Source of the DNA: Octopus sinensis
Taxonomy: Eukaryota
Reading direction: 5' to 3'
Assembly (NCBI RefSeq): GCF_006345805.1
Contig: NW_021832764.1
Span: 1-32,128, forward strand
DNA: 32,128 bases
In this document: positions 31,929 to 32,128 of the stretch, piece by piece
Layout: every line of letters starts with the position of its first letter
Numbering within the stretch: the stretch's first letter is position 1
Program-made: the position numbers and the translations under genes
Notes under the pieces: generated by a model
Database searches by the model: none
The model's input: only the letters and a program-made list of their open reading frames with translations
What the model was told of the DNA's origin: nothing

Positions 31929-32034
31929 CATATTACTCTACCTCTGGTATTTGAGTACTCTTTTTTTCTCCACCTTGTTTCACATTTATGAGCTTACTCC
32001 GGTATAGTCATTATTATATTAGTGTGGGTGGTGG

Positions 32035-32128
32035 TTGTTCCTTCTTGAGCCATGCCTGGGTCATAAGGGCGGTTCCCGGTTTCTTGGCGGTATAGGTTCC
32101 CCACCTGGACGGGACGCCGGTCCGTCGC
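32035..32128 (-). mobile_element. 3' part of another SINE (V-domain-like segment), cut by window end
   Basis: Minus strand gcgacggaccggcgtcccgtccaggtgggg resembles the V-SINE GCGATGGACTGGC..TCCAGG segment (from memory); (AAC/CAC) tail. Confidence 0.5.

Overview
AT-rich, microsatellite-saturated eukaryotic genomic DNA. The SINE/LINE repertoire and the poly-(CA/TA/ATT/GATA) landscape look like an octopod cephalopod genome (inference from recalled repeat families, not verified). The only well-supported coding feature is a ~4.1 kb plus-strand exon (10999-15099, ending at AAG|GTAAGC). It encodes an unidentified, extremely acidic low-complexity protein with a 27/28-aa repeat that has homogenised into a 55-aa higher-order repeat. 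The reading frame is broken by two compensating single-base indels (~12025, ~12948). Almost everything else is intron/intergenic repeat: at least four tRNA-type SINE families (labelled A, B, C here for convenience), plus RTE, CR1-like, R4/Dong-like and Tc1/mariner remnants. The most unusual signals are (1) a tRNA-headed SINE-like element ending in a minimal type I hammerhead ribozyme motif, present as a ~530 bp head-to-head palindrome, (2) a second hammerhead-like motif with an antisense arm, (3) two inverted tandem arrays of a 184-bp SINE unit that may arise by self-targeted insertion, and (4) an apparent 1.7 kb inversion splitting an RTE element. Nearly all entries in the ORF track are microsatellite or antisense artefacts.
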